From the human T2T-CHM13v2.0 reference genome, Homo sapiens, in the NCBI RefSeq assembly GCF_009914755.1, contig NC_060926.1: a DNA stretch of 64,000 bases; one strand, written 5' to 3'. Positions 45,567 through 58,982 of the stretch are shown in pieces. Numbering within the stretch: the stretch's first letter is position 1; each line of letters begins with the position of its first letter. The notes beneath the pieces were generated by a model. That model did not search any database. It had not been told where the DNA came from and saw nothing but the letters and a program-made list of their open reading frames with translations. A program made the position numbers and the translations under genes.

Positions 45567-46271
45567 AATTAAAAAAGATTGATTCTAGGACTGTGGAAGA
45601 GATAGTTAAACAGCATGGGATATGAAGGAAATCCTCAGCAGTATTAATTTTGCATTCCAATTTCATGTTGACTTGATACCTACGATGGCTTTTTGTTTTA
45701 AAGGCTTTTATCTTGAGAACATGATGTCTGTAGTTAAAGGTATTGGCGTATTCCACACATCTGTACTATTCTTGAGTATGATCGCTTAGGGTGTCAAATT
45801 GAGAACCAGGCAGATCCACCACCTACAGTAAAAAGGACCCTAAAGTAAATTGGTTGAAGAAGTTAGATCCCAAAGATTCTTGGTGAATTTTGAAGTCTTC
45901 ATCAGTATATCCATATTAAAAGGAGATGACAGAAGCCAAAATAAAAGAATTATGGGCTAACAGGACAGCTGGATTAAAATAAGCATCAGTTTCATTAAAA
46001 AGGGCTAACTTGAAGATAAATCTTTTGACTCCAGCTCTTTAGAGGATCTGAAGTGACCTTGATGGACAGTGGAAGAAATCACAACATGGAATTACTTGAA
46101 CAAAAATTTATTGACTTAAAGAAAAAGAAAAAATCCAAAAATATATAGAGAGAACAAAAGTAAATATCCTTCAATTATATGATTAGCTTTTATCTGTTCA
46201 AAAATAGTTTGAAGTCATATACACCATTAGGATGTAGAACAGCAATAACTCAACAACAACAGCAGCAATAG

Positions 46272-46601
<330 letters not shown>

Positions 46602-46647
46602 TGAAAACATTCTATTGTGAAAATTGTAATCTAGTAAAAATGAAAGA

Positions 46648-46935
46648 GGCTCAACGCCTGTAATCCCAACACTTTGGGAGGCCGAGGTGGGGTTGGATTG
46701 CTTGAGCCCAGGAATTCAAGACCAGCCTGGGCAACATGGTAAACCCTATTTCTACCAAAAAAAAAAAAAAAAAAATTAGCCGACTGGGGTAGCGTACACC
46801 TGTAGTCCCAGCTACTCGGGAGGCTGAGGTAGAAGAATCAATTGAGCCCGGGAGGTTAAGGCTGCAGTGAGCTATGATTGTGTCACTGTTCTCCAGCCTG
46901 GGCAACAGAGCAAGACCCTGTCTCAAAAAAATAAA
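46648..46935 (+). mobile_element. AluJ
   Basis: Dimer, slightly 5'-truncated. Confidence 0.88.
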
Positions 46936-47086
46936 AAGTGAAAGCCACCATCCACTAATTTTGACTTGCATTCCTTGAAGTAACTAACAAGTATTATTGG
47001 TTTGGGTTATATTTCTTATAACTGTTTCTCTGCATTGATGTATAATACATATATGTGTGTACATATTAATACATGGTTTTATGGAT

Positions 47087-47390
47087 TTTTTTTTTTTTTT
47101 GGAGACAGGATCTCATTCTGTTGCATAGGCTGGAATGCAGTGGCATGATCATGGCTCACTGCAGCCTTGACTTGCTGGGCTCAAGTGATCCTCTGACCTT
47201 AGCCTCCTAGGTAGCTGGGACTACAAGTGCTCACCACCATGCCAGGCTGATTTTTTCACTTTTAAAATTTTTGTAAAGATGGAGTCTTGCTATGTTGCCC
47301 AAGCTGGTCCTAAACTCCTGACCTCAAGCAATCCTCTGTTTCGGCCTCCCAAAGTGCTGGGATTATAGGCATGAGCCACTGTGCCCAGCC
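47087..47390 (-). mobile_element. AluJ
   Basis: Dimer. Confidence 0.88.
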
Positions 47391-47733
47391 TCAATTTCTT
47401 ATAAACAATTGGTATTACCAACCATATAAATTTTTGTTAACATGATGGTCAAAAGTAGTATCTCAGTGTTTTAGATTGTATTTTTCTGAATTTTCATGAA
47501 CCTGAGCATCTTTTAATATGTTCGTTAGCCGTCCTTTCCTGTGAATCGCCTATGATTTTTCTTTTAGGTTGCTCCCCTGTTCTTATTGATTCATATGAAT
47601 TCTTCATATTTTAGATGTGAATCTACAGTTATATATATTGTATATGTTTTCTGCTAGTCATTTTAAAAACATATGTTCATGTATTTACTTAATTATTGAG
47701 TTATAACTTAATACAATAAAGTGTACAGATCTT

Positions 47734-48054
<321 letters not shown>

Positions 48055-48145
48055 TTAGTATACTGCTTGGTGAATTTTTTCATATTGATACATGCATATA
48101 ACTACTTCCCAGATCAAGATACAGAAAATTCCCATCATCCTAGAA

Positions 48146-48335
48146 CAGTGCTGATAAATAAAACTTTCTGTGAAGATGGAAATTCTCTACATTCTCTGTC
48201 TTTCCCATTCAATACAATAGCCATTATCCAAATGTAACTACTGAGTGCTTGAAATGTGGCTAATGTTTCTAAGGAATTAAATTTTTAATTTTAATTTATT
48301 TAAATTAAATAGCCAGATGTATTGGATAGTGAAGC
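48146..48335. mobile_element. MER3-like hAT relic
   Basis: aactttctgtgaagatggaaat...ctactgagtgcttgaaatgtggcta. Confidence 0.6.
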
Positions 48336-48879
48336 CCAGGATTCCCCTCCAGCAACTCTTTCTCTTAACTTTTGTCACCATAGGTTAGCTTTGTCAGTTT
48401 TTGAACCTTTTAAATGGCATGCTTTGCTTACTCTTTTGTATATAAATGTAATCATACATTGTGTACTCTTTCGTTGTATAATCATACATTATATACCATT
48501 GAGCTTTTTTATTTACCGATTTTGAGAGTCATCCTTGTTGTTGCAGGCTTCAGTGTTTGTGCATGTGTTATTAGTATTCTATTCTATGAATTTGTCACAA
48601 TTTGTTTATCCATTCACCCGTTGATGGGTATTTGGGTTGTTTTCACTTTGGGCTAATATGAATAAAGCTGCTGTGAACATTCTTGTTTCTTTTGGTAGAC
48701 AAAGGCACTCATTTTCTTTTGGATATATTCCTAAGAGTAGAGTTATTGGGCTATATGGTGCAAATATGTTTTGGCTTTAGTAGATCTATCTAAATAGTCT
48801 GTCTAAGTGGTTGAACTAGTTAACCTTCTCACCAACAATTTATAGTAGTATAGTTATTCTACAGAATCCTCCCCATTTG

Positions 48880-49431
48880 ATGTGTTCTCAAGACCACTCC
48901 CAGGTTTAGTGATTTTCTAGGAAGACTCATAAGACTTAGCCCATAATCATGCTCGTGGCTATAATTTATTACAAGAAGATCAGCAAAGAGAAAAGGCACA
49001 TGGGATGAAGTTTGAAAGAGATGAGGTTTAAGCTTCCAAAAAGCTTCCCCTACTGTAGTTACACAGAGTGCACTTAATTCCTGTTGCAACAAATTGTGAC
49101 CACATGTGTGAAATGTTGTCTTCCCTGGGAAGCTTGTTAGAGGCACAGCAGTGGGAGTTATCAGTAGGGGCTGGTCAAGTAGGCATCCTTTGCTTAGGCA
49201 TAGGGTTAACCATACCAAAATCTAGACTCCCATAAAGAAAGTAGGTGTTTAGCATAAACCATATTATTTGCACAAAGTGTTTAGGCATAGTGAGTCATTT
49301 TTATCAGTTCTGGGAATGGTGGGAACCTTCTCAAAATCCAGGTTCTCAGCTGCCAGCCAAGGGCCAACTTTCAAGCAGGCCTTTCTAAGAATGGCAGTCT
49401 CAGACCTGCAATATTAACTCTTTTCTGCACA
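48880..49431. mobile_element. MER21-family LTR
   Basis: caagaccactcccaggtttagtgatt...ttaactcttttctgcaca, recalled consensus; paralogous to 2206-3882. Confidence 0.7.
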
Positions 49432-49657
49432 CTTGATATTTTTGGTCATTTTAATTTTTGCCTTTCTGAAGGGTAGGAGGTAGGATCTTGTGGTTTTACA
49501 TTTTCCTGAAGCATATATATATTTATTGCCCATTTGTCTATCTTCTTGGTGAAAAGCCTGTTCAAGGCCTTTGCCTATTTTTTTCTTAAAGCAGTTGTCT
49601 TTTTTTTTCTTATTACTTTATAGGAATTCTTCATATATTCTGGATATGAGTCCTTAG

Positions 49658-49998
<341 letters not shown>

Positions 49999-52031
49999 TG
50001 TTCACTTTCTTAATGATGCCTTGGGTTGAAGAGGTGTTCTTAATTTTAATACAGTCTCATCTATCCTTGTTTTTCTTATGTGGTTAGTGCTTTTTGTGTT
50101 CTGCTTAAGAACTCTTTACCAAGTACTGAAGATATTTTCTTTTCTTTTGGAAGCTTTATTGTTTTACCTATATCATTTGTTTGTGACCCACCTCAAATTA
50201 ATTGTTTGGTAAGAGGAACAGGTTAAGATTCTCTTTTCTCTATAGGGAGATTGAATTGTTCCACCACCACTGTTGAAAAGATCTGCCTTTTCCCATTGAG
50301 TGGCAGTGATATCTTTGATGTAAATCAAGCAACTGTATGTGTTTTGGTCTATTTCTGGACTATTTATTCTGTTCCGTTGGTCTCTGTCGTGTGCCAGTAA
50401 TGTACTGTCATCATTATTGTAGCTTTATAATAAGTCTATCTGGTAGTGTAAATCTTCTAACTTTGTTACTCTTCAACATTATCTTAGCTATTCTAGGTCC
50501 TTTGCATTGTTATATCAATTTGAGAATCAGCTTGTTAATTTTTATAAACAAACACATATTCAAAATCTTGCTGGGATTTTAATTCAGATTGCATTGAATT
50601 TGTAGATCAATTTATGGAGAATTGACATCTTAATATTGAGTCCATTAAATATCTTCAATTTTATTTAAAGTTTCTGTTCATTTATCTCATTAGTGTTTTA
50701 GTTTTCAATGTAGAGGTCTTACATATCTTTCATTAGATATATTTCCAAGGTATTTGTAATTTCTTAAATGGTTTTATAAATGGTATTTTAAAAGTTCATT
50801 TTCCAATTTTTTTCCCTTGATAGATATAAACAGTTGATTTTTATATATTGACCTTGGATATAACAATCTTGCTACATTGACTTATTAGTAGTTTAGAGAT
50901 TATTTGGAGTTTTCTACATACACAATCATGTCGTCTTTTAGTAAAGATGATTTGAATTCTGATTTTGCAATCTTTATGCTTTTGAATTACTTTTCTTATC
51001 TTATTGCAGTGGCTAGGACCTCCAGTACAGTGTTGAATACTGGACATTATTCTCTTGTTCCCAACCTCAGAAAGAAAGCATATGATAGTCATTGAAGGCA
51101 CCTGATGTAGATATCACTTATCATATTAAGGAAGTTCCATTCCTAGTTTGCTTAGAGTTTTGTTTTTTGTTTTTTTTTTAATCATGAACAGGTATTGCAT
51201 TTTATCAAATGTTTTCCTGTATATTAAGGTAATCCTATTTTATTCTCCCTTATTCCATTAATGTGGTTAATTGCATTGATTGATTTTTGAGTATTAAAAC
51301 ATCCTTACATTCCTGGTATATATCCCACTTGGGCTTTCCCTTTTTATACAGCTGGAGTTTATTTTTTTTTTTTTTAGGATTTTTATATTCATATGTCAGA
51401 GGTATTGACCTTTATTATGTTGTCCTTGTCAGGGAAGTGTCCCCTCTTTTTCTCTTCTCTGGACAAATTTGTATAAATAAGATTTTACTTCTTCTTCAAA
51501 TGTTGAACATATTCACCAGTGAAACCACTCAGAATCTGAAGTTTTGTTTGTAGAAATATTTTCAAATATAGACTTACTTTTAAATTAGATTTCTTTAATA
51601 GATAAAAAACTATTCTTATTTTTTATTTCTTGTATCAACTTTGGCAAATAGTGTTTTTCAAGTAATTTTTTATTTTTCTAAATTTTATATTTACTGGCAT
51701 AAATTATTTCATAGTATTCTTTTATAATCTTTTTAGTGATTATAGAATCTATAATGATATTGCAGTTTTAATTTTTAAAATTGGCATTTGGTATATTATC
51801 TCTTTTGTTCCTGATCTATAAGAGGGTTTTATTAATTTTATGAATCTTTCCCCTGAAAAAACAACTTTGGGTTTTGTTGATTTTTCTCTGTTGATTTTGT
51901 TTTCTATTTCATTGATTTCTTCTATTATTTCTTTGCTTCTACTTTCCTTAGAACTAATCTGCTATTTTTCTAACTTGTTTTATTAGCAGCATAGGTAATT
52001 GATATTCAACCTTTCTTCTGTAACATGCTAC

Positions 52032-52323
52032 TTTTTTTTTTTTTTTTTTTGAGACGGAGTCTTGCTCTGTCCCCCAGGCTGGAGTGCAGTGGTGCGATCT
52101 CGGCTCACTGCAAGCTCCGCTTCCCAGGTTCATGCCATTGTCCTGCCTCAGCCTCCTGAGTAGCTGGGACTACAGGTGCCCACCACCACGCCTGGCTAAT
52201 TTTTTGTATTTTTAGTAGAGACGGGGTTTCACCATGTTAGCCAGGATGGTCTCGATCTCCTGACCCGCCCGCCTCGGCCTCCCAAAGTGCTGGGATTACA
52301 GGCGTGAGCCACTGTGTCCGGCC
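52032..52323 (-). mobile_element. AluY
   Basis: Dimer, TSD taacatgYtac. Confidence 0.9.
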
Positions 52324-52444
52324 CTAACATGTTACATTTTAAGCAGTCTCCTTAATTTGGGACTCAGATGTCATAATTCCTGAATATGTTCTCTTAACTC
52401 TTGCCTCTTCACTGTTTGTTCATACATTTTATCTTTTTGCATAG

Positions 52445-53160
52445 TGACACAGGAATTTTCTTGGCCACTTTGCCCGCTGGGGCCCTCTGTGGCTGGCAAT
52501 GCTTCTGCCCAGGCCTCACTCAGCCCTGGGCCTGCCGCAGGAGGTGCTCTGTCCGCCAGGCTTGTGCACCAGCTTAGCTCTCAGCTGGGCTGAGCATGCC
52601 CTAACTCAAGCGTGCCCTAACCCACTTGTGTTACAGCTTGTACCCACATTCAGTGGGTCCCGAGTTCTTGTCCCACATCCAAGAAGAATGAATTTACGTT
52701 GACAATCAAAGGGTAAGGAAGGTGGAGAAGAATTTTATTGAGTGACAGAAACAGCTCTCAGCCAAAAGGGGCTGCGAGGGTGGTCTCCCACCTGAAGTCG
52801 GGTGGTTTCTCTCTAAGTATGGCTGGGTCCAGAGCTTTTATGGGCTCAGAATGGGGAGTGCTTGCTGATTGGTTTGCGAGTACGCAAAATGGGCTAAAAC
52901 AAAGGCACCACTCAAAGGGGGGCATGACAATGTATAAAACCAAGTAGGGAAGGATAGGTGTATGTAAATAGGTGAAGGGTGAGGATTACTCAGAGGAAAG
53001 CATGCCAAGTAGGAAGAGAGTTTCTCAATCCAGTCTGTGGATTTACCCAGAACTTGTACCATGGCTTTCAGGCTTTCAACTATCTTTGTTTGAAGGTCAG
53101 ATTTCACTGAGGACCTGCCTCTTACCTGCCTAGGCATTTGACTTTTTGCTGCCACTGTCA
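52445..53160 (-). mobile_element. MER52-family ERV1 solo LTR
   Basis: tgac...gtca termini, near-TSD atag/gtag, GC-rich, ttttattgagtg (antisense AATAAA). Confidence 0.7.
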
Positions 53161-53519
53161 GTAGCATTATGGGAGAATCTTTTGACAACTTTTGTTTATT
53201 CCATTTGCCATTTGTGTTTTGTGTTTCCTTGTTTTGGGGGATTTATCACACTTTCATTTCCAAGTCCTAAAAATGATTCTTTTCTTGTAAAGAAAATGGT
53301 TCTTGTGTTGTAAATGCGGTATTCTCTCTTGCCTCTGAACTTTCCAGTTTCCTCTTACAGAGTCTTAATTTGCCATTGCACACAAGATGGTTGTACTGAC
53401 AAATTACTGTTGATGAAATAAAGTTATTATCCTGAACTTTCTTTTAGAAAATGTGCTATTGTAGAGTAACAGTGGTTTATTTGCCATTTGCTAAGTCAAT
53501 ACTAACAGAGTTTTGCTTA

Positions 53520-53867
53520 ATATTTTTGGTATTTATTCTTTAAAATTTGCTTATTGGTACATAATATTTGTACATTTTTATGGGGTACATATGCTATTTT
53601 GTTACATGCATAGAAAGCGTAATGATCAAGTCAGGGTGTTTGGAGTATCAATCGCCTTGATAGGTGATTGATAAATCTGTCACTTATTTATCATTTTTAT
53701 GAGTTAGGAACATTTCAAATTTTTTCTCCTAAGTTATTTTGCAACACACAATACATTGTTGTTAACCATAGTTACCCTACTTTACTATTGAACATTAGAA
53801 CTTATTCCTTCTATCTGTTTGTATCCATTAGCTAACCTCTCTTCATACCACCCCTCACCAACACACA

Positions 53868-53898
<31 letters not shown>

Positions 53899-53925
53899 TT
53901 CTTAACCTCTAGTAATTATTCTAAT
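53520..53925 (-). mobile_element. L1MA-type 3' end, antisense, with a (CA)n microsatellite
   Basis: tgtacatttttatggggtaca...taatgatcaagtcagggt. Confidence 0.7.
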
Positions 53926-54674
53926 TTTATGTAGTTTTTATTTCGTTTGCTTTAAGCCTACCAAACCTATAAGGAGTCACAGCATGATAGTTAGGAATAC
54001 TGTCAGTGGAGTTAGATTGCCTGAGTTCAAATTCCATTTCTACCATTTAGCATATGTATGGATTGGGGTCATTATTTAATCTTTCTTTGCCTTAGTTTTT
54101 TCAACTATAAGTTCATAGTACTTCTTAACATCATTTAAATGAAATAGTACCTGATGAGTGATTAACATAATGTCTAATTCAAAATAAACACTTAAATTTT
54201 AGCTATTATTCTTCTGGAACATTTTCTTATATAAGTGGCTATTATTGCCCGTCAAGATGCAAGGATTACTTAGTTTTTGCAACTAGTCTTTATATTCTGA
54301 AATGGGTTGATGAATTATAATATTTGTACAAGGAGTTGTGTGCTTTCTGTTCTAGCCCTCAACTTGGATTTTGTGTGGTATGTGATAATATGCTTTAATA
54401 GTCATGAATTTTAATAAAGTACCAGGTATAGTGAAATAAATAATAATTTGAAACATGGATTCTGTTAACTTTATTATCCATGCCTATATTCTTTATTTAC
54501 CAGGCATAATTTACTAGCTTTGGTTTTTGTTTTGTTTTTGATAGCCCATATGCTATTTGCTTTATTATACCTTTTTAAAAGTAAGTCAGAGTTTAGGTTT
54601 CTCATGATTAAATTTTAGTATTAGAACAGAATCTTTTAATGCTAGAAACCAAGTGTATAAGTGCATATTTGTTC

Positions 54675-54985
54675 TTTTTTTTTTTTTTTTTTTTTTTGAG
54701 ACAAGGTCTTGCTCTGTCACCCAGGGCTGGAGTGCAGTGGTGCGATCATGATCTTGTCTCACTGCAACTTCTGCCTGCTGAGTTCAAGTGATTCTTGTGC
54801 CTCAGCCTCCTGAGTAGCTGGGATTACAGGTGCCCGCCACTAAGCCTGACTAATTTTTGTATTTTTAATAGAAATGGGATTTCACCATTTTGGTCAGGCT
54901 GGTCTTGAACTCCTGACCTCAAGTGATCTGCTCGCCTAGGCCTCCCAAACTGCTGGGATTACAGGCTTGAGCCACCGCCCCTGAC
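54675..54985 (-). mobile_element. AluS
   Basis: Dimer. Confidence 0.9.
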
Positions 54986-55447
54986 TCCAAATGAATATTT
55001 GTTCTAATCTTGCTATGGCGAATGCAGTTGGTATTGAGGTCTTGTATAGACCTGGGTTTTAGGATGTAGCAGAACTGGATTAATATCCTGCATCACCATT
55101 TATTAACAGCATTGCTAATACAAGCTATGTTTCCTTTCTGAGCCTTGTTTTTCTCATCTTAAAAAACAGTAATAGATTAATTTGCGCATTCTAGAATTTT
55201 ATGCAAATGGAATAACATTTTTTGTGTGCATTCTTTCAGCATAATTATCTTGAGATTCACACGTATTGTATGTATCAATAGTTCATGCACATTTTTAGGT
55301 TTAGTCGTATTCCCTTGCATGGATATACAAGTTTGTTTATCCATTCACTCTTGATAAACATTCCAAAAATAATGGGCATAAGGAAATTTCTGAGGTGATG
55401 AATACATTCAGTATGTTGATTATGTGATTATTTCAAGGGGGTATAAA

Positions 55448-55474
55448 CACACACACACACACACACACACACAC
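55448..55474. repeat. (CA)n microsatellite
   Basis: Seen directly. Confidence 0.95.
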
Positions 55475-55537
55475 GAAAATTTATCAAATGTGCCTTTAAA
55501 TTATTGTATGTTGATTCTACTTCTAAAAAGTTGTTTA

Positions 55538-55840
<303 letters not shown>

Positions 55841-56099
55841 TTAACAAAGGAAAAATGAAAGTTTCTATCTTGTTCTAACACTTCTGCAGTTTTAAAACCC
55901 TATTTCCTTATCTGTTTAATAAATAAATAAATACTGAATTCTTAAAAAGCAATAATAGTTTGTATTACTCTAGTTTGTTCAGGATTAAGTCACATATCAT
56001 ATTCGAAAACACTTGGCATGTAAGTGTTCAGCAAAAGTTAATTTTTTTGTATCCTTTCTCCTTCCAGATTTTAATTAATAGTAGTCCCCTCCCCCCCCC

Positions 56100-56296
56100 T
56101 TTTTTTTTTGACTCGGGGTCTCACTCTGTTGCCCAGGCTGAAGTGCACTCAATCATAGCTCACTGCAGCCTCAATCTCCCAGGCTCAAGCGGTCCTCCCA
56201 CCTCAGCTTCCTGAGTAGCTAGAATTATTGGCGCCCACGACCATGCCCAGCTACTTATTTAATTTTTTGTAGAGACAGGGTCTTGCTTTGTTGCCC
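56100..56296 (-). mobile_element. Truncated AluJ
   Basis: Right arm plus part of the left arm. Confidence 0.8.
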
Positions 56297-56968
56297 ATAT
56301 TGGAGTCCCTATTTTTAATAAGCTAATTGTACATTTGTTTTCTTGGTTTGACTGGGTTAATAAACAGTCTGAAAAAGTTATTTTGGAAGCTCAGGCTTCT
56401 TCTTTCCTGAAATAAAAATAATACTTTTTAAATTTAGTGCTTTATTTTTCTTCAAAAGGCTGTGCTCCCTCTCTCATTTCAGATGCTTGAATTTTCACAT
56501 TTGAATTTATAGTCTAAATCTGGACTGACTTACTCTTCTTTCAGTGTGCATCTTATGTATTTAGAAATTAATTTTTATATTTTGCCTTTAGGTAAATCTA
56601 GGCAAAATTTTAGTCCATTTTACTTTCTTATTTTAAGGTTAATTTTATTTGAATTATGATCATTATAAGTGTACTTATATGAAATGGTTGGAATTCAAAA
56701 TGATCCCAGTTGAAACCAATGTAATTTCAAGCTTTAGAAGTTAGCTCAAAATGTGCCATTAATCAGTTGCCTCTTCACTGAAAAATAATGACTTTATATA
56801 GTTGCTTCATAAGAATTCGAACATACTTCTGTGTTCCATTTATGTAGACTTAGGTCACAACATAAAATACATGGCTAGAAAAAGTTTGAAGACTTTACCC
56901 CAATATACTAGAGCCAGGGCTAGAAGAAAATGTCCTTACCCAGTGGATTGGAACCAAGCTAGTAATTC

Positions 56969-57303
<335 letters not shown>

Positions 57304-58137
57304 TAAAGTCAGCATTAAACTGATGTCCTAGATTCTCTTTTCTGTTTGCTGCTTGGTAGTTTTGCCACTTGGTGATCCTGGGCAAGGCGCTTTATCTCTG
57401 CACCTCATTTTCATCACTTGCAAAATTCCCTTACCCCTCTCAGTGATCCCATGGGTCCATGAATATAAGAATGCTTTGGGCATATTCAGAAACAGTATAT
57501 GTGAAAATGTATGGCCCACATGCAACTTGCTGCTTATTCTCCTCTTTATCATGTTCTTCTCCATTTATAAGTGGCTCAAATTTCCAAGTGGGAGAGATAG
57601 TCAGTGTCCTCTCAGTATCTATTTCCTTCCTTCCCATCCTGTGATTTCAGGGCTGTAGGCCAATGAAATGTAGCCCCTTCTTAATAGAAAGAATGAAGGC
57701 CTCTGCTCTTGAGTATACTCCTTCATGAGAGATTGAATATAATTTGTGAACTTGACTGAAATATTTTGAGAAGTATACTGACCCTTAGTCAAAGAGAAAG
57801 TATGAAGCCTATAATATAACCTAAGTATTTTATCTTTAATTGCTAGTATCTATCGAGCATGTGCCAGGATCTGTTCTTCACAACAGTGAGTCACAATGAG
57901 GGTTGAGTGATTGCCCAAGGTCACAAAGCTGGGATTCAAGCACATAGCATATAGTTTCTGGAGCCCAAGCTCTTAACCATTATACAATACTACGTTACAG
58001 GTTGTTATTCAACCCTAAATCTCAGTGTGAGATTCTTGCTTGGTACTTGCAGGATAATTAAAAGTGATGCATGTTCATTGTAGAGAAAAAATAAAAACTC
58101 ATAGTTTTATAACCAGAGATGATCATTGTTAGAGCAA

Positions 58138-58432
58138 TTTTTTTTTGGAGACAGAGTCTCGCTCTGTTGCCCAGGCTGGAGTGCAGTGGCTCGATCTCGG
58201 CTTGCAGCAAGCTCCACCTCCTGGGTTCACGCCATTCTCTTGCCTCAGCCTCCTGAGTAGCTGGGACTACAGGTGCCCACCACCATGCCTGGCTAATTTT
58301 GTTTTTGTATTTTTAGTAGAGACAGGGTTTCACCGTGTTAGCCAGGATGGTCTCGATCTCCTGACCTCATGATCCACCCGCCTTGGCTTCCCAAAGTGCT
58401 GGGATTACAGGCATGAGCCACCGTGCCTGGCC
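58138..58432 (-). mobile_element. AluY
   Basis: Dimer, TSD tgttagagcaatt. Confidence 0.9.
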
Positions 58433-58844
58433 CTGTTAGAGCAATTATTTCTATATCAAACCATTTCTATTACTTATAATTAAAATTTTGTTGCAGCTAG
58501 TGATGACATATATAATAATATCATTAGGACTTCATTTCTTTATCACTAATAGGCAGGAAAATGTTGCTCAGTGGACCCAAATTCCTCTGTCTTTTACTAT
58601 CAATCCTTGTCAAGGGAAACATGGTAATCTTATCTGTGAGGGGGAGGAGGCCTGAAAGTGGTATTTATTTTTCTTAATTCTTTTTTATGTAAGTTCTAAA
58701 AAACTTATGCATTTCTCTGAATTTTTAAAAATACTCATCTTGTGACTGCTATAGCTGAAATGACTGTTGTCTTTATTCTATTTTTATGGTACTTCTTTTT
58801 CTAAAAAGGGCTGTTTATGAGCCTTGTCCTTTTGTGCTTCACAG

Positions 58845-58982
58845 GAACCAGCACCTATGACAGAAGATCTGCTAGAAGAGCAGTCTGAAGTTTTAGCTAA
58901 ATTAGGTACATCGGCAGAGGGGGCTCACCTTCGAGCACGCATGCAGAGTGCCTGTCTGCTCTCAGATATGGAGTCTTTTAAG
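58845..58982 (+). CDS. RAB3GAP1: RAB3GAP1 exon 18 (138 bp), EPAPMTEDLLEEQSEV...LLSDMESFK
   Basis: cttcacag acceptor, AAG|gtgggt donor. Confidence 0.96.

Larger units (their letters stand above)
45102..46121 (+). pseudogene. snoRNA retroposon: SNORA40 plus downstream host-gene (probably TAF1D) sequence, with an internal AluJ and A-rich tail
   Basis: Imperfect TSD aaaaaagaaaatccaa (45086-45101) / aaaaagaaaaaatccaa (46122-46138); L1-endonuclease-type ttt|aaaaa site. Host identity from recall. Confidence 0.7.
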
